From the human T2T-CHM13v2.0 reference genome, Homo sapiens: a stretch of 64,000 nucleotides of DNA. The position numbers and the translations under genes are program-made. Location of the stretch: assembly GCF_009914755.1 (NCBI RefSeq), contig NC_060927.1, one strand, 5' to 3'. Of this stretch, positions 40,034-52,601 are shown in pieces. The notes under the pieces are model-generated. The model was given only the letters and a program-made list of their open reading frames with translations. It was not told where the DNA came from and did no database searches. Within the stretch, counting starts at the first letter, position 1. The number at the start of each line of letters is the position of its first letter.

Positions 40034-42691
40034 TGAACTTTATAAAGGCCTTTTCTTCATCTATTGAGATAATCATGTGGTTTTTGGCTTTAGTCCAGTT
40101 TATGTGATGAATCACTTTTATTGATTTGTGTATGTTGAACTAGACTTGCACCCTGGGGATGAAGCCTACTTGATCATGGTGGATAAGCTATTTGATGTGC
40201 ATCTGGATTTGGTTTGCCAGTATTTTGTTGAGGATTTTTGCGTTGATGTTCATCAAGGATATTGGCCTGAAGTTTTCTTTTTCTGCTGTGTCTCTGCCAG
40301 GATTTGGTATCAGGATAATGCTGGCCTCATAGAATGAGTTAGGGAGGAGTCCCTCCTCCTCAGTTTCTTAGAATAGTTTAAGTAGGAATGGTTCCAGCTC
40401 TTCTTTGTACCTCTGGTAGAATTCAGCTGTGAATCCTTCTGGTCCTGAACTTTTTTTTGGTTTGTAGGCCTCTCAATAAAGTAGGTATTAAAGGAATATA
40501 CCTCAAAATAATAAGAGCCATACATGCAAACCCAGAGCCAATATCATACTGAATGGGCAATAACTGGAAGCATTCCCCTTGAAAAACAGCACAAGATAAG
40601 GTTGTCCTCTCTCACTACCCCTATTCAACATAGCGTTGGAAGTCCTGGCCAGGGAAATCAGGCAAGAGAAAGAAATAAAGCATATTCAAATAGAGAAATT
40701 AAACTATCTTTGTTTCCAGACAACATGATCCTATATTCTAGGAAACCCCATCATTTCTACCCAAAAGCCTCTTAAGCTGATAAGCAAATTCATCAAAGTC
40801 TCAGGATACAAAATCAATGTGCAAAAATTACCAGCATTTCTGTATGCTAACAACAGGCAAGCCGAGAGCCAAATCAGGAATGAACTCTCCTTCACAATTG
40901 CTACAAAATGAATAAAATAGCTAGGAATACAGCTAACAAGGGAAGTGAAGGACATCTTCAAAGAGAACTACAAACCACTGCTCAAAGTAGAGAAGACACA
41001 AACAAATGGAAAAACATTCCACACTCATGGATAGGAAGAATCAATATCATTAAAATGGCCAAACTGCCCAAAGCAATTTACAGATTCAATGCATCCTATT
41101 AAGCTACCATAGACATTCTGCACATAATTAGAAAAAAAAAACTATTTTAAAATTTATATGGACCCAAAAAAGAGCGTGAATAGCCAAGGCAACCCTTAGC
41201 AAAAAGGACAAGGCTGGAAGTTATCACACTGCCTGACTTCAAACTATAAAACAGGGCTACAGTAACCAAAACAGCATGGTACTGGTACAAGAACAGACAC
41301 ATAGACCAATGGAACAGGATAGAGAACCCAGAAATAATGCCGCACACCTACAACCATCTGATCTTTGACAAACCTGACAAAAACAAGCAATGGGGAAACG
41401 ATTCCCTATTTAATAAATGATGCTGGGATAACTGGCTGGCATCAGTTGAAAAAACCGGAACTGGACTCCTTCTTTATACCATGTACAAAATCAATCCAAG
41501 ATGGAATAAAGACTTAAATGTGAAATGCCAAACTATAAAAACCCTAGAAGAAAACCTAGGCAATATGATTCAGGACACAGACACTGACAAAGATTTCATG
41601 GCCAAGATGCCAAAAGCAATTACAAAAAAAGCAAAAGTTGACAAATAGGACCCAATTAAACTAAAGCATTTCTTCACAGCACACACACACACACACACAT
41701 ACACAAAACAACTATCAACAGAGTAAACAGACAACCTACAGAAAGGGAGAAAATTTTTGCCATCAATCCATCTAGCAAAAGTCTAATATCCAGCATCTAT
41801 GAAGAACTCAAACAAATTTACAAGAAAAGACAAATAACCTCATTAAAAAGTGGGCAAAGGACATGAACAGACACTTCTCAAAAGAAGACATACATGTGGC
41901 CAACAAACATATGCAACAAAGCTCATCAGTCATCATTAGAGAAATGCAAATCAAAACCACAATGAGATACCATTTAAAACCAGTCAGAATGGCAATTATT
42001 AAAAAGTCAAAAATAACAGATGTTAGTGAGGTTGTGGAGAAAAAGGAACTCTTTTACACTGTTTTTGGAAGCGTAAATTAATTCAACCATTGTGGATGAC
42101 AGTGTGGCAATTACTCAAAGACATAAAGTCAGAAATGCCGTTCAACCTAGCAATCCCATTACTGGGTAATTCCCAAAGGAATATAAATTATTCTGTTATA
42201 AAGATACATGCACAAGTATATCATTGCAGCACTCTTCACAAGAACAAAGACACAGAATTTACTTAAATGCCCATCAACGATAGACTGGATGAAGAAAATG
42301 TCATACATATACACCATGAAATATTATGCAGCTGTAAAAACAAACCAGATCATGTCCTTTGTGAGGACATGGATGAAGTTGGAGGCCATTATCCTTATCA
42401 AACTAATGCAGGAGCAGAAAACCAAACACCACATGTTCTCACTTATAAGTGGGAGCTAAATGATGAGGACACATGGACACATGGGGTGAGGAACAACGCA
42501 CGCTAAGATCTGTTAGTGGGGGGCAGGAGGAGGGAGAGCACCAGGAAAAATAGCTAATGCATGCTGAGCTTAATACCTAGGTGATGGGATGATCTGTGCA
42601 GCAAACCCCCATGACACACATGTACCTATGTAATAAACCTGCACATCTGCACATGTACTCTTAAACTTAAAATAAAAGTTGGAAATAAAAA
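40034..42691 (+). mobile_element. Older twin-primed (5'-inverted) L1PA (roughly PA10-PA16)
   Basis: Antisense ORF2 at ~40031-40469 and sense ORF2 from ~40470 (CTCTCAATAAA) through the 3'UTR ending AAAATAAAAGTTGGAAATAAAAAAA. Probable TSD AA(G/T)CCATGT at 40025-40033 and 42692-42700. Many stops and frameshifts. Confidence 0.93.
41679..41706. repeat. (AC)n microsatellite inside L1 ORF2
   Basis: An ACAC run sits where other copies in the window read CACAGCAAAGGAAACTA. Confidence 0.9.
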
Positions 42692-45600
42692 AATCCATGT
42701 AAAAAAAGAAAATGAAGAGTAGAGAAGTTGGATCTACTACCAAGATCAAATAATGAACAAAGTTCTATGAATGACATTAAAATCTTACAAAAAAGTAGGT
42801 GGGGAGTTAAATATAGGCATAAAATAAAGAGCAAGGAACAAGTAGCAGGAGGAAGCAACCCAGGAATATTTTGTTTTTAGCTCCTCAAGCTGACTTTAAT
42901 TGGTTATTGTCACTATATTGTATAGCCTTTTGGTTATTGATTGTGTAGTATTTGGTTGACAGGTTTGGCATAAAGGTACAGTTTTTACGTAGACAGCTTC
43001 CTTCCCAGGCTGCAATAACTGTGCATCTGCTCCCACCTGCTTGATACTGGCCGCTGCTCTTGGAGCATATAGAGTGACGGATGGCTGCTTATGGCACCAT
43101 CGATGCCCTGATGGCTTGAATGATTTCTGACTCTACCTAGACCTACAGTCTGGCTCCTTCAAATCCTTTGATATTTTTTTCCTTTCTATGCCTATGTTCT
43201 TCTAGTTTTTCTTATTTACTGCCTGCTTAGATACATTTCTTTGTCTCAACTTCCATTTCTGGCATGATGTCAATTCCTGGTTGCCTACTTGCCTTGTGTG
43301 CAGGTGTATCTTGATCTCTACTCGGTTATTGGTCCTGACTCTGCTCTATTCAAGTGGTCACAATTTATCAACAGCCTCACACTTCGCTCTTCATTCAGTT
43401 AATGGGCCCACTATTCGCCAAATTTTGTTTTTATCTTATAATCCTAGAAAGTAAATAATTAAACAGCAAGCATAAAATACGTTTTCTCCTTTAATCAGAA
43501 TTTGGTACCTGGAGACTAAAATAATGACTGTCATCCTGGCAAACAAATTGATGATATTTGCTGGTGGGAGAGTTCTTATTTTGGAAATACTTTTGGCAAA
43601 AGATGCCTGATTTTCTAGCATTGTCAATAGCAAACAGCCATGCATTTCAAAGATTTATGAGGCATGATTATCCAAAGACAAATGACTATATTTTATACCA
43701 AAAATTACTCCTCCTGTGTATGTGATGTGACTCCATATGTGTTCTGGAGAACTTCATATTTTAATCTGTGCCAGGTGTATCCTCATAGCATAAGAAAAGG
43801 CCTAGAGAGTTATGTTTGTCGTCTTGGACCCGTTTTTGTTTGTTCTTTGTCTCATGATTAATTGTTTCCTTTGAATAATTAGTAAAACTTACATTGGATA
43901 AGCTTTCTGATTCTTATGATACTGAATGTACAATCTAATCCTTTTTGCATTACTATTTACTCAATATCCTTTTGCTGTTATTAATCAATGTCCACAGTTC
44001 TAAGGCCGAAAAACTATTAAAATCTCCAAGAGTAAGATAGTTTCATTATAAAGTTCTGTCATGAGAAAATAAATCATTGTGAATATATGAAAGAACTTAT
44101 TTGAGCACTGAAAGTCAGATCATGGTTTTTACTTAAAGTTATTTATTTGTAATATATAACTTCTGTAATCTCTCTCAGAAATATTCATCAAGAAAAACTA
44201 CCAATTATGTTAGTGCCATTTCTAAAAAGCTACCTTTTCTTTTTCTAGAAATATGGGAAAGTTGTAAAAAATTATATTTCCTCAAAATTTTGGGTAAATA
44301 TAATTGCATAATGCAACCTATGGCAAATATTTAAATCTTTATTAATCCAAAGGAAAATAAATTGGCTTTGACTAATAATTACTAAATATCTACTAAATAC
44401 TAGGACATGTGCTATGATTAACATGTGTTAATTAAATCTCATATGCCCCACAATTTTTTTCAGGTAGCAATTATTTATAGGTGAGAAAACAGATTTGAGG
44501 AGTTAAGGAGTAGGTAGTCCGTGGATTATATTCACAAAATGACAGAGGACAAATTAAGTCAGAGCTAGTTTAATGAATGCCCATGATGTCTTTCCTACAG
44601 CATGCTATCTAATATTACACTGATATAAGCACACATTACTATACGGTAAACTCAGAAAAGAGTTGCTCTGGATTCTGTACAATTATTAGAACATTTAATA
44701 ATAATTTTATAGTAACTATTGATTTTTAGTTTAAAATTCAAAACAATTGATAGCAACTCATCTTTTAATATTTTAAACACATTCAGTTACATTTCTGTTT
44801 GTAACTGAATCAAACATTGTCAAATTAATTCCAACAAAACTACATTATTTATCATTTGATATAAATTATTAATTTTAATTTATTGATTGTGTGGTTATAC
44901 ATGTATTGGATTTGTTTTATAATTGCATAAGAACTGTAAACATGAAAAGTTTGATAGAGATTTATAAAAGATTTAAGTCAACAGTAGGAGCTCAGACTTT
45001 TTTTTTTTTTTTGGAAAGGTGGGTACCTTGGACATTTTCAGAAACAGAGACTAAAATTCCTCGTGCTTTGACAATGATGGTGGCCAAAGCTAAGGGATTA
45101 CAATTTGGCAGGGAACAGAATGCTCAGGCATTTTGGATCTTATGGTGGTTGTTTCTCAATGCAAATCAACAGTCTTTTAATTAAGTTATCTTTCCCAAAT
45201 TTGTATACATTTTCAGTAGCGCAAGTTTCTTAGAGCCTGATTAGTTCTGGGCCCTCGTTTAAAAAGTGGAAGATGAGATAATAGAAAATGATCCCCTAAT
45301 ATTGTTTTTACTAGCCCACCTTCAACTCCATATTAAATCTTATACAAAAAGCTAAAAATTTCTAGGTTTTTAAGATGAGAAATTGAGGCACAAAATGTTT
45401 ACTTCATCAAAATGGGGACATATGTCATACATGAATGGGGAAAGATGGAAGGGAGACAGGAAGCACAGGTAGAAAGAAAAATGTATCCTACAATTTGACT
45501 TGAATTTAGGCATTGGGATATGGGTGTTTAGACATTCGAGTTAAACAATCAGCTACCTGCATTCAATATTTCTTCCAAGTCTGGTTTTGCTTTACGTGGA

Positions 45601-45823
45601 TGTTTATTTTTCTAATAGAATGAATTAGTTTGAGGGAAACTACCACCGCTCAAAATTGAGCTATCATTTTAGCTATCATTAACAGCTAACAAAGTAGGAG
45701 TATTTTTAAATTCCTGCATTTTTAACTCAATGTAATATTATGATGTTTCAGAAAGGTAGGTACTGAGATTATGCCCATTTTACTGATGGAGAAGTAGAGA
45801 AATAGAAGGATGATGTAATTTAA

Positions 45824-46203
<380 letters not shown>

Positions 46204-47664
46204 AATGGTTTGGCTTTTTAAAAGCCTCACTCGCGAACATATTTATGGTTGATTTAGTTTAAGACATGGAATCTATAATGGTTGCTATTAAAGAGTATTG
46301 ATTGTTGGGTGTGTCACAGCTAACTCTTATTCAGCAACTAAAGCTGGTATGTGATGCCAAGGATTGAGCGCAGAATGCATGCCTGCTAGTCACGGTGATC
46401 TCTTTATAATACTATTCTAAGGACTGTGCATCAATATTTCATAATCCATAGGCTCAATATTTGATGAGATATTGTATCTCTATTATACTTTAAATAAAAC
46501 TTATTTTGCAATTAAAATTTTTTAAATAAATGGGTTATTATTTTGCGGTTTATGCCTGTTAGGTTGAAAATGTTACAGTAATCCTCATGATTTTATGAGT
46601 AAAAATGAAGACTGTTTAAAGTGGAATGATTGGAAGTATGTACACACTGAGGCAGCCTTACGCTCAATATCTCACAAATCAGTTAGTAGAATTAACTTTT
46701 AACATGGTTAAAATTTTGACTAAACCTACATCCTTATTATAATTAAAAATGGGCTATGTATGAAGTGCAGTTTATATAAAGAAATCTAATCATATTTTAT
46801 TTTCCTCATAGGAATATTTTATTTTACTTTGATTTGATTTCTATTTATAATTGATTTGTATCAAATAATGGTGCTTAAAATAATTATCATATTAATTAAT
46901 ACAAATAAAGTATCCCAATCATAAATTAATTCTATTTTCCTTTAGTAGATATTTCAAAGCATTTTGTCATTATTTATGACAGATACACAGATGTACATAC
47001 ACCTTCTTAACCTGTTAATTTTCCTTGTGGAGCCATCAGATTAAGCTTCTTTCTACTGAATTTCTAATTTGTGGTAGGTAGCCAGATGTAACTCTTTCAG
47101 TTGATTTAGTAGCAGGAAATAGATTCACCCACACTCCTTCTGCTAATATTATGGTGGTATAGTGAGAAGAGAGCTTATAAAAAGAAGCATGCATAGTATT
47201 ATGATCAGATACTTGAAAAAAATTATAATGCCAGTGAAAAACTCAATGATGCTTCAGTATCCTTACATTCATTTCCAAATGCAAGTACCTTTTATTCCTT
47301 CACACAGGTGTCATATCACAGCTATGCTTTCACCAAACCAATAGCTGGCAAACATCTACTTCTGTGAGTAAACTCAGTAGTTCCATCTATAAACAGTTAT
47401 TTCTATATCAGCTGCTTGGTTGTTAAAATTATTTAGCTGTTGTTGAAAGATTATGATCCTTGTTCTGTTAAATAAGTTGATATATATGTAAAACATTTTG
47501 ACCAGTGCCAGGATATAGTAAGCAATATAGAATGTGATGTGTTACATTTTTTTCTCAAATTAAAGCTTGGCTCTGTTGGCAGATTTTAAGATGAGACAAT
47601 ACATCTAACTTTCTAGATTTAAAATATCATACACACACTAACACATATTATCTAAAATATATCT

Positions 47665-47857
47665 CTTAATTTCATCCAGCAACCCCAATACTGGGTATAT
47701 CCCCAAAAGAAAAGAAATCATTATACCAAAAATACACCTGTACTTGTATGTTTATTGTAGCACTTTGCACAATAGCAAAAATATAAAATCAACCTGTATC
47801 CATTAATGGATGATTGGATAAAGAAAATGTGGTATATTTACACAACGAAATATTACT
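47665..47857 (+). mobile_element. L1PB-like 3' end, left part; resumes at 50127-50460 after THE1
   Basis: TCCAGCAACCCCAATACTGGGTATAT...GGATAAAGAAAATGTGGTATAT is continuous with ATCATGTCTTTTATAGCAACATGGA...GTGTGGAATAATAGACACTGGAGACTC. Confidence 0.85.
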
Positions 47858-50121
47858 TATATTAGTCCATTTTCACACTGCTGATAAAGACATACCTGAG
47901 ACTGGGCAATTTACAAGAGAAAGAGGTTTATTGGACTTACAGTTCCACATGGCTGGAGAGGCCTCACAATCATAGCGGAAGGTGAAAGGCACATCTCACA
48001 TGGTGACAGATAAGAGAAGAGAGATTGTGTATGGAAACTCCCCTTTTTAAAACCATCAGATCTCATGAGATTTATTAGTGATCACAAGAACAGCATGGGA
48101 AAGACCCGCCCCCATGATTGAATTACCTCCTACCGTGTCCCTCCCACAACACATGGGAATTCAAGATGAGATTTGTGTGGGGACACAGACAAACCATTTA
48201 ATTCTGCCCCAACCCCTCCCAAATCTCATGTCCTCATGTTTCAAAACCAATCATGCCTTCTCAAAAATCCCCCAAAGTCTCAACTCATTTCAGCATCAAC
48301 TCAAAAGCCCACAGTCCAAAGTCTCATCCAAGGCAAGGCAAGACCCTTCTGCCTATGAGCCTGTAAAGTCAAAAGCAAGTTAGTTACTTCCTAAATATAA
48401 TGTGGGTACAGGCATTGGATAAATACAACCATTCCAAATAGGAGAAATTGGCCAAAACAAAGGGGCTACAGGCCCCACGCAAGTCCAAAATCCAACAGGG
48501 CAGTCAAATCTTAAAAGCTCCAAAAAGATCTCTTTTGACTCCATGTCTCAATTCGAGGTCATGCCAATGCAAGAGGTGGGTTTCCATGGTCTTGGGCAGC
48601 TCTGCCCCTGTGGCTTTGCAGGGCATAGCCCCCCTCCTGGCTGCTTTCACGGGCTGGCATTGAGTGTCTGTGGCTTTTCCAGGTGCATGGTGTAAGCTCT
48701 CAGTGGATCTACCATTCTGGGGTCTGGAAGATGCGGGCCCTCTTCTCACAGCTCCACTAGGCAGTACCCCAGTAGGGACTCTCTGTGGGGGATTAGACCC
48801 CACATTTCCCTTCTGCACTGCCCTAGCAGACATTCTCCATGAGGGCCCTGCCCCTGAAGAAAACTTCTACCTGGGCATCCAGGCATTTCTATATGTCCTC
48901 TGAAACCTAGCAGAGGTTCCCAAACCTCAATTCTTGCCTTCTGTGCACCTGCAGGCTCAACACCACGTGGAAGCTGCCAAGGCTTCGGGCTTCCACCCTC
49001 TGAAGCAACAGCCCAAGCTGTACCTTGGCCTTTTTAGTCACAGCTGGAGTGGCTGGGACACAGGGCACCAAGTCCCTAGACTGCACACAGCAGAGGGTCC
49101 CTGGGCCCAGCCCACAAAACCATATTTTCCTCCTAAACCTCAGGGCGTGTGATGGGAGGTGTTGCTGCAAAGGTCTCTGACATGCCCTGGAGACATGTTA
49201 GTCACTGTCTTGGTGATTAACATTCAGCTCCTCTTTACTTACGCAAATTTCTGCAACAGGCTTGAATTTCTCCTCAGAAAATGAGATTTTCTTTTCTATT
49301 GCATTGTCAAGCTGCAAATCTTCCAAACTTTTATGCTCCGTTTCCCTTTTAAAACTGAATGCTTTTAATAGCACCCAAGTCATTTCTTTAATGCTTTGCT
49401 GCTTAGAAGTTTTTTCAGCCAGATACCCTAAATCATCTCTCTCCAGTTCAAAGTTCCACAAATCTCTAGGGCAGGGGCAAAATGACTCCAGTCTCTTTAT
49501 TAAAACATAACAGGGGCCTCCTTTGCTCCAGTTCCCAAGAAGTTCCTCATCTCCATCTGAGACCACCTCAACCTGGATTTCATTGTCCATATCATTTTTA
49601 GCATTTTGGTCAAAGCCATTCAACAAATCTCTAGGGAGTTCTGAACTTTCCCACATTTTCCTGTCTTTTTCTCAGCCTTCCAAACTGTTCCAACCTCTGA
49701 CTGTTACCCAGTTCCAAAGTTGCTTCCACATCTTTGGCTATCTTTTCAGCAGGGCCCCAGTCTACTAGTACCAATTTACTGTATTAGTCTGTTTTCATGC
49801 TGCTGATAAAGACATACCTGAGACTGGGCAATTTACTAAAGAAAGAGATTTATTGGACTTACAGTTCTACATGGCTGGAGAGACCTCAAAATTATAGGTG
49901 AAGGTGAAAGGCACATCTCACATGGTGGCAGAGAAGAGAAGAGAGCTTGTGCAGGGACTCCTCTTTTTAAAACCATCAGATCTCATGAGACTTATTAGTG
50001 ATCATGAGAACAGTATGGGAAAGACCTGTCCCCATGATTCAATTACCTCCTACAGCGTGTCTCCCACAACATATGGGAATTCAAGATGAGATTTGGGTTA
50101 GGACACAGCCAAACCATGTCA
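47858..50121 (-). mobile_element. Complete THE1 (THE1A-like) MaLR provirus: LTRs 47858-48201 and 49780-50121, ~1.58-kb internal region
   Basis: Two direct ~343-bp repeats (TGTATTAGTC...AAACCATATCA type). 5-bp TSD TTACT at 47853-47857 and 50122-50126. Internal ORF remnant ELPRDLLNGFDQNA...EVVSDGDEELLGNWSKG on the minus strand. Confidence 0.97.
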
Positions 50122-51914
50122 TTACTCAATGATAAAACATGGAATCATGTCTTTTATAGCAACATGGATTGAATTGGAGGCCATTATCTTAAGTGAAAGA
50201 AGTCAGAAACAGAGACAAATACCACGTGTTCTCAGTTATAAATGGGAGCCAAATAATGTGTCCACATGAACATAAAGTGTGGAATAATAGACACTGGAGA
50301 CTCAGGTGGGTGACGTGGTGCTAGAAGCCAATGATGAGAAATTACTTACACAACGTACATTACTCAAGTGCTGAATACCCTTAAAGCCCTGATGTCACAC
50401 TGTGCAATATATCCCTGTAACAAAATTATACAAGTATTTCATACATTTATAAAAATGAAGAAGTAACAAAAGTAATATACATGAATTTATTTTGGATTTC
50501 AATGATTGTTTTCATTCATTTTTAAAACACTGCTTCTTAGGAAAATATTATTATGAATTTATTCCTTATGCCAGAAATAACTAACTCATGAGTATCATCT
50601 TACATAAATTTCATAAAACATAATTGTCTACTTTAAGTATAGCTACTTTTCTTACACATACAGTACACTTTGTGAGGGTGTTTGCCTTGTGAACCTATGA
50701 AGTAATTCTGAAAACTTTGTATAATTAAAACTTTCTAGATGCCTACTTTAAAAAGCATACTATAAATATTTTATATAACATTTCCCCTTTTCTAGCAATG
50801 AATTTCACCCACAGAGATATGATTGGAAGTATGTATGGGTAAGCATGAGCATTGGGACTGTACACACTGTAATAGATATGTAGGGATTTGTAAATAACCA
50901 TGTGGGAGCTCTGAATACAGATGAATTGAAAAAAAAATCCTGCTTTGTGCTAGCCAACATGAACTATGGCCCAAGCAACTAAAAGAAGGACTATATTTAT
51001 ATTTTTGCTGACCCCAAACTGCTATATAACAGAAAATTGCTGCTAAACATGATGTCAGCAGAAGCTACCTCTAATTTTTTTCAGTTGCTTTTTGCTGAAA
51101 AAAGTCTGTTTTTTTCAGATTAAAAACTTAACCCTCAAAATAGTTTTAAAAATCCAGTCCCAATAAATTTTGACTATTACCTGCTAAAGTTTATTTAACT
51201 GTTAAGATAAACAAAAAGAGAACTCTAACATGGCATTTCGTCACTCATCTTTATTTTTAAAATGGTTATCTTGCAGTCATCCGATTTTTTTTTTAATGAA
51301 GTAAGTTTAGGATACTCTTGTTTATTGTTTATCTAGGCTATGCTTTTAAAGTAAATGACTCATTTGTCATTCGAGATCATTTTGAAGCAAGCTAGATTTC
51401 AATAATAACAAAAAGCCATTATAGCTAAATTTATTTGTATTTTTTCTTTCTAAGTATGCATCATGATGCATGAACTAACCAGATTAATTATCATAGTACA
51501 GTATAGAATTTGTCCTTAATGGGTAGACTTCTATAGGCCCAGAAGTAGATTGATTCTATGATCTAAAAAAATCTACATGTGAGGAAAAATACATGAAGGC
51601 ACGAGCATACTCAACTCAGTCAGCTTTTTATCTTAAGTCTCTAAGGATCTACCACTTGGGATGGAATTTGTTTACCTTAGGGAAACATCTCATGAGTAAA
51701 TACTCATTATAAAGTATCATTTAATATGTTATCAATAAATTAAGAGATCTCCCCCAGAGTCCCCAGGTAACAGGCAACATAAAAAGCAATCAACGAGATG
51801 TAAACTTATTTGTAAATTCTGAAAATTGACATCTGCTCTGTAAATGGGTTAAAATGAATTAGGGAATAATGTCATTGAGTAAAAGGAGAAAGAAAATAGT
51901 GCAGATGTTAGTAC

Positions 51915-52150
51915 CAACATTGAGAGTTAAGCCTACAATTCAGAGGCGTCTAGCTGACAACTTTCTAGCTGTGTGACACTGGTCAAGTTTCTAAACCTCT
52001 CTGAACTCAACTCCTCTCAGATATAAAACTTAGCTAATAAAATTCTTCTCATTGTGTTGGTACAAGACATAAATGAAGAGTACTTAGGTAAGTCTTGGTA
52101 CACAGTTTGTACTCAATAAATCGAAGTTGTAATTGTTATTGTAATTGTTG
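51915..52150 (+). mobile_element. MIR remnant
   Basis: CTAGCTGTGTGACACTGGTCAAGTTTCTAAACCTCTCTGAACTCA...GTACTCAATAAAT. Confidence 0.75.
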
Positions 52151-52403
52151 TTATTAGTATAACATATTAGAGTTGGACATTTTTAAAACATATTCACCAT
52201 TTCTGACAATGGATAAGTAATTTTAAAGATGAATTTTACAAACCTTTTTTGTCTATGGAGAGTGACTATTCTTTACCTACTTTTTAAAAAATGTATTATT
52301 TTACTCTCAGTGGCACTGTTGTCATAGCTTCTTGGATCTCCCTGCTTCCTCTTTTAACCTGTTTGTTCTCTAAAGTGACAGCTGTTTAAAAATTCTTCAA
52401 TGG

Positions 52404-52601
52404 CATTCATTACTATGAGGGTAAAGGCAACTGTGTTTATCACAGTGACGAGGCATCCCAGCCTCACATCATTCATTACTATGAGAGTAAAGGCAACTGT
52501 GCTTATCACAGTGACGAGGCATCCCAGCCTCACATCATTCATTACTATGAGGGTAAAGGCAACTCTGTTTATCACAGTGATGAGTCATCCCAGCCTCACA
52601 T
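52404..52601. repeat. 66-bp unit tandem triplication (minisatellite)
   Basis: Units at 52404-52469, 52470-52535 and 52536-52601. Unit 2 differs from unit 1 at 2 positions and unit 3 at 3 positions. Confidence 0.98.

Noticed and set aside
48078-50089. Cluster of 60-150 aa ORFs
   Set aside because: They are fragments of the decayed THE1 internal ORF and its antisense frames.
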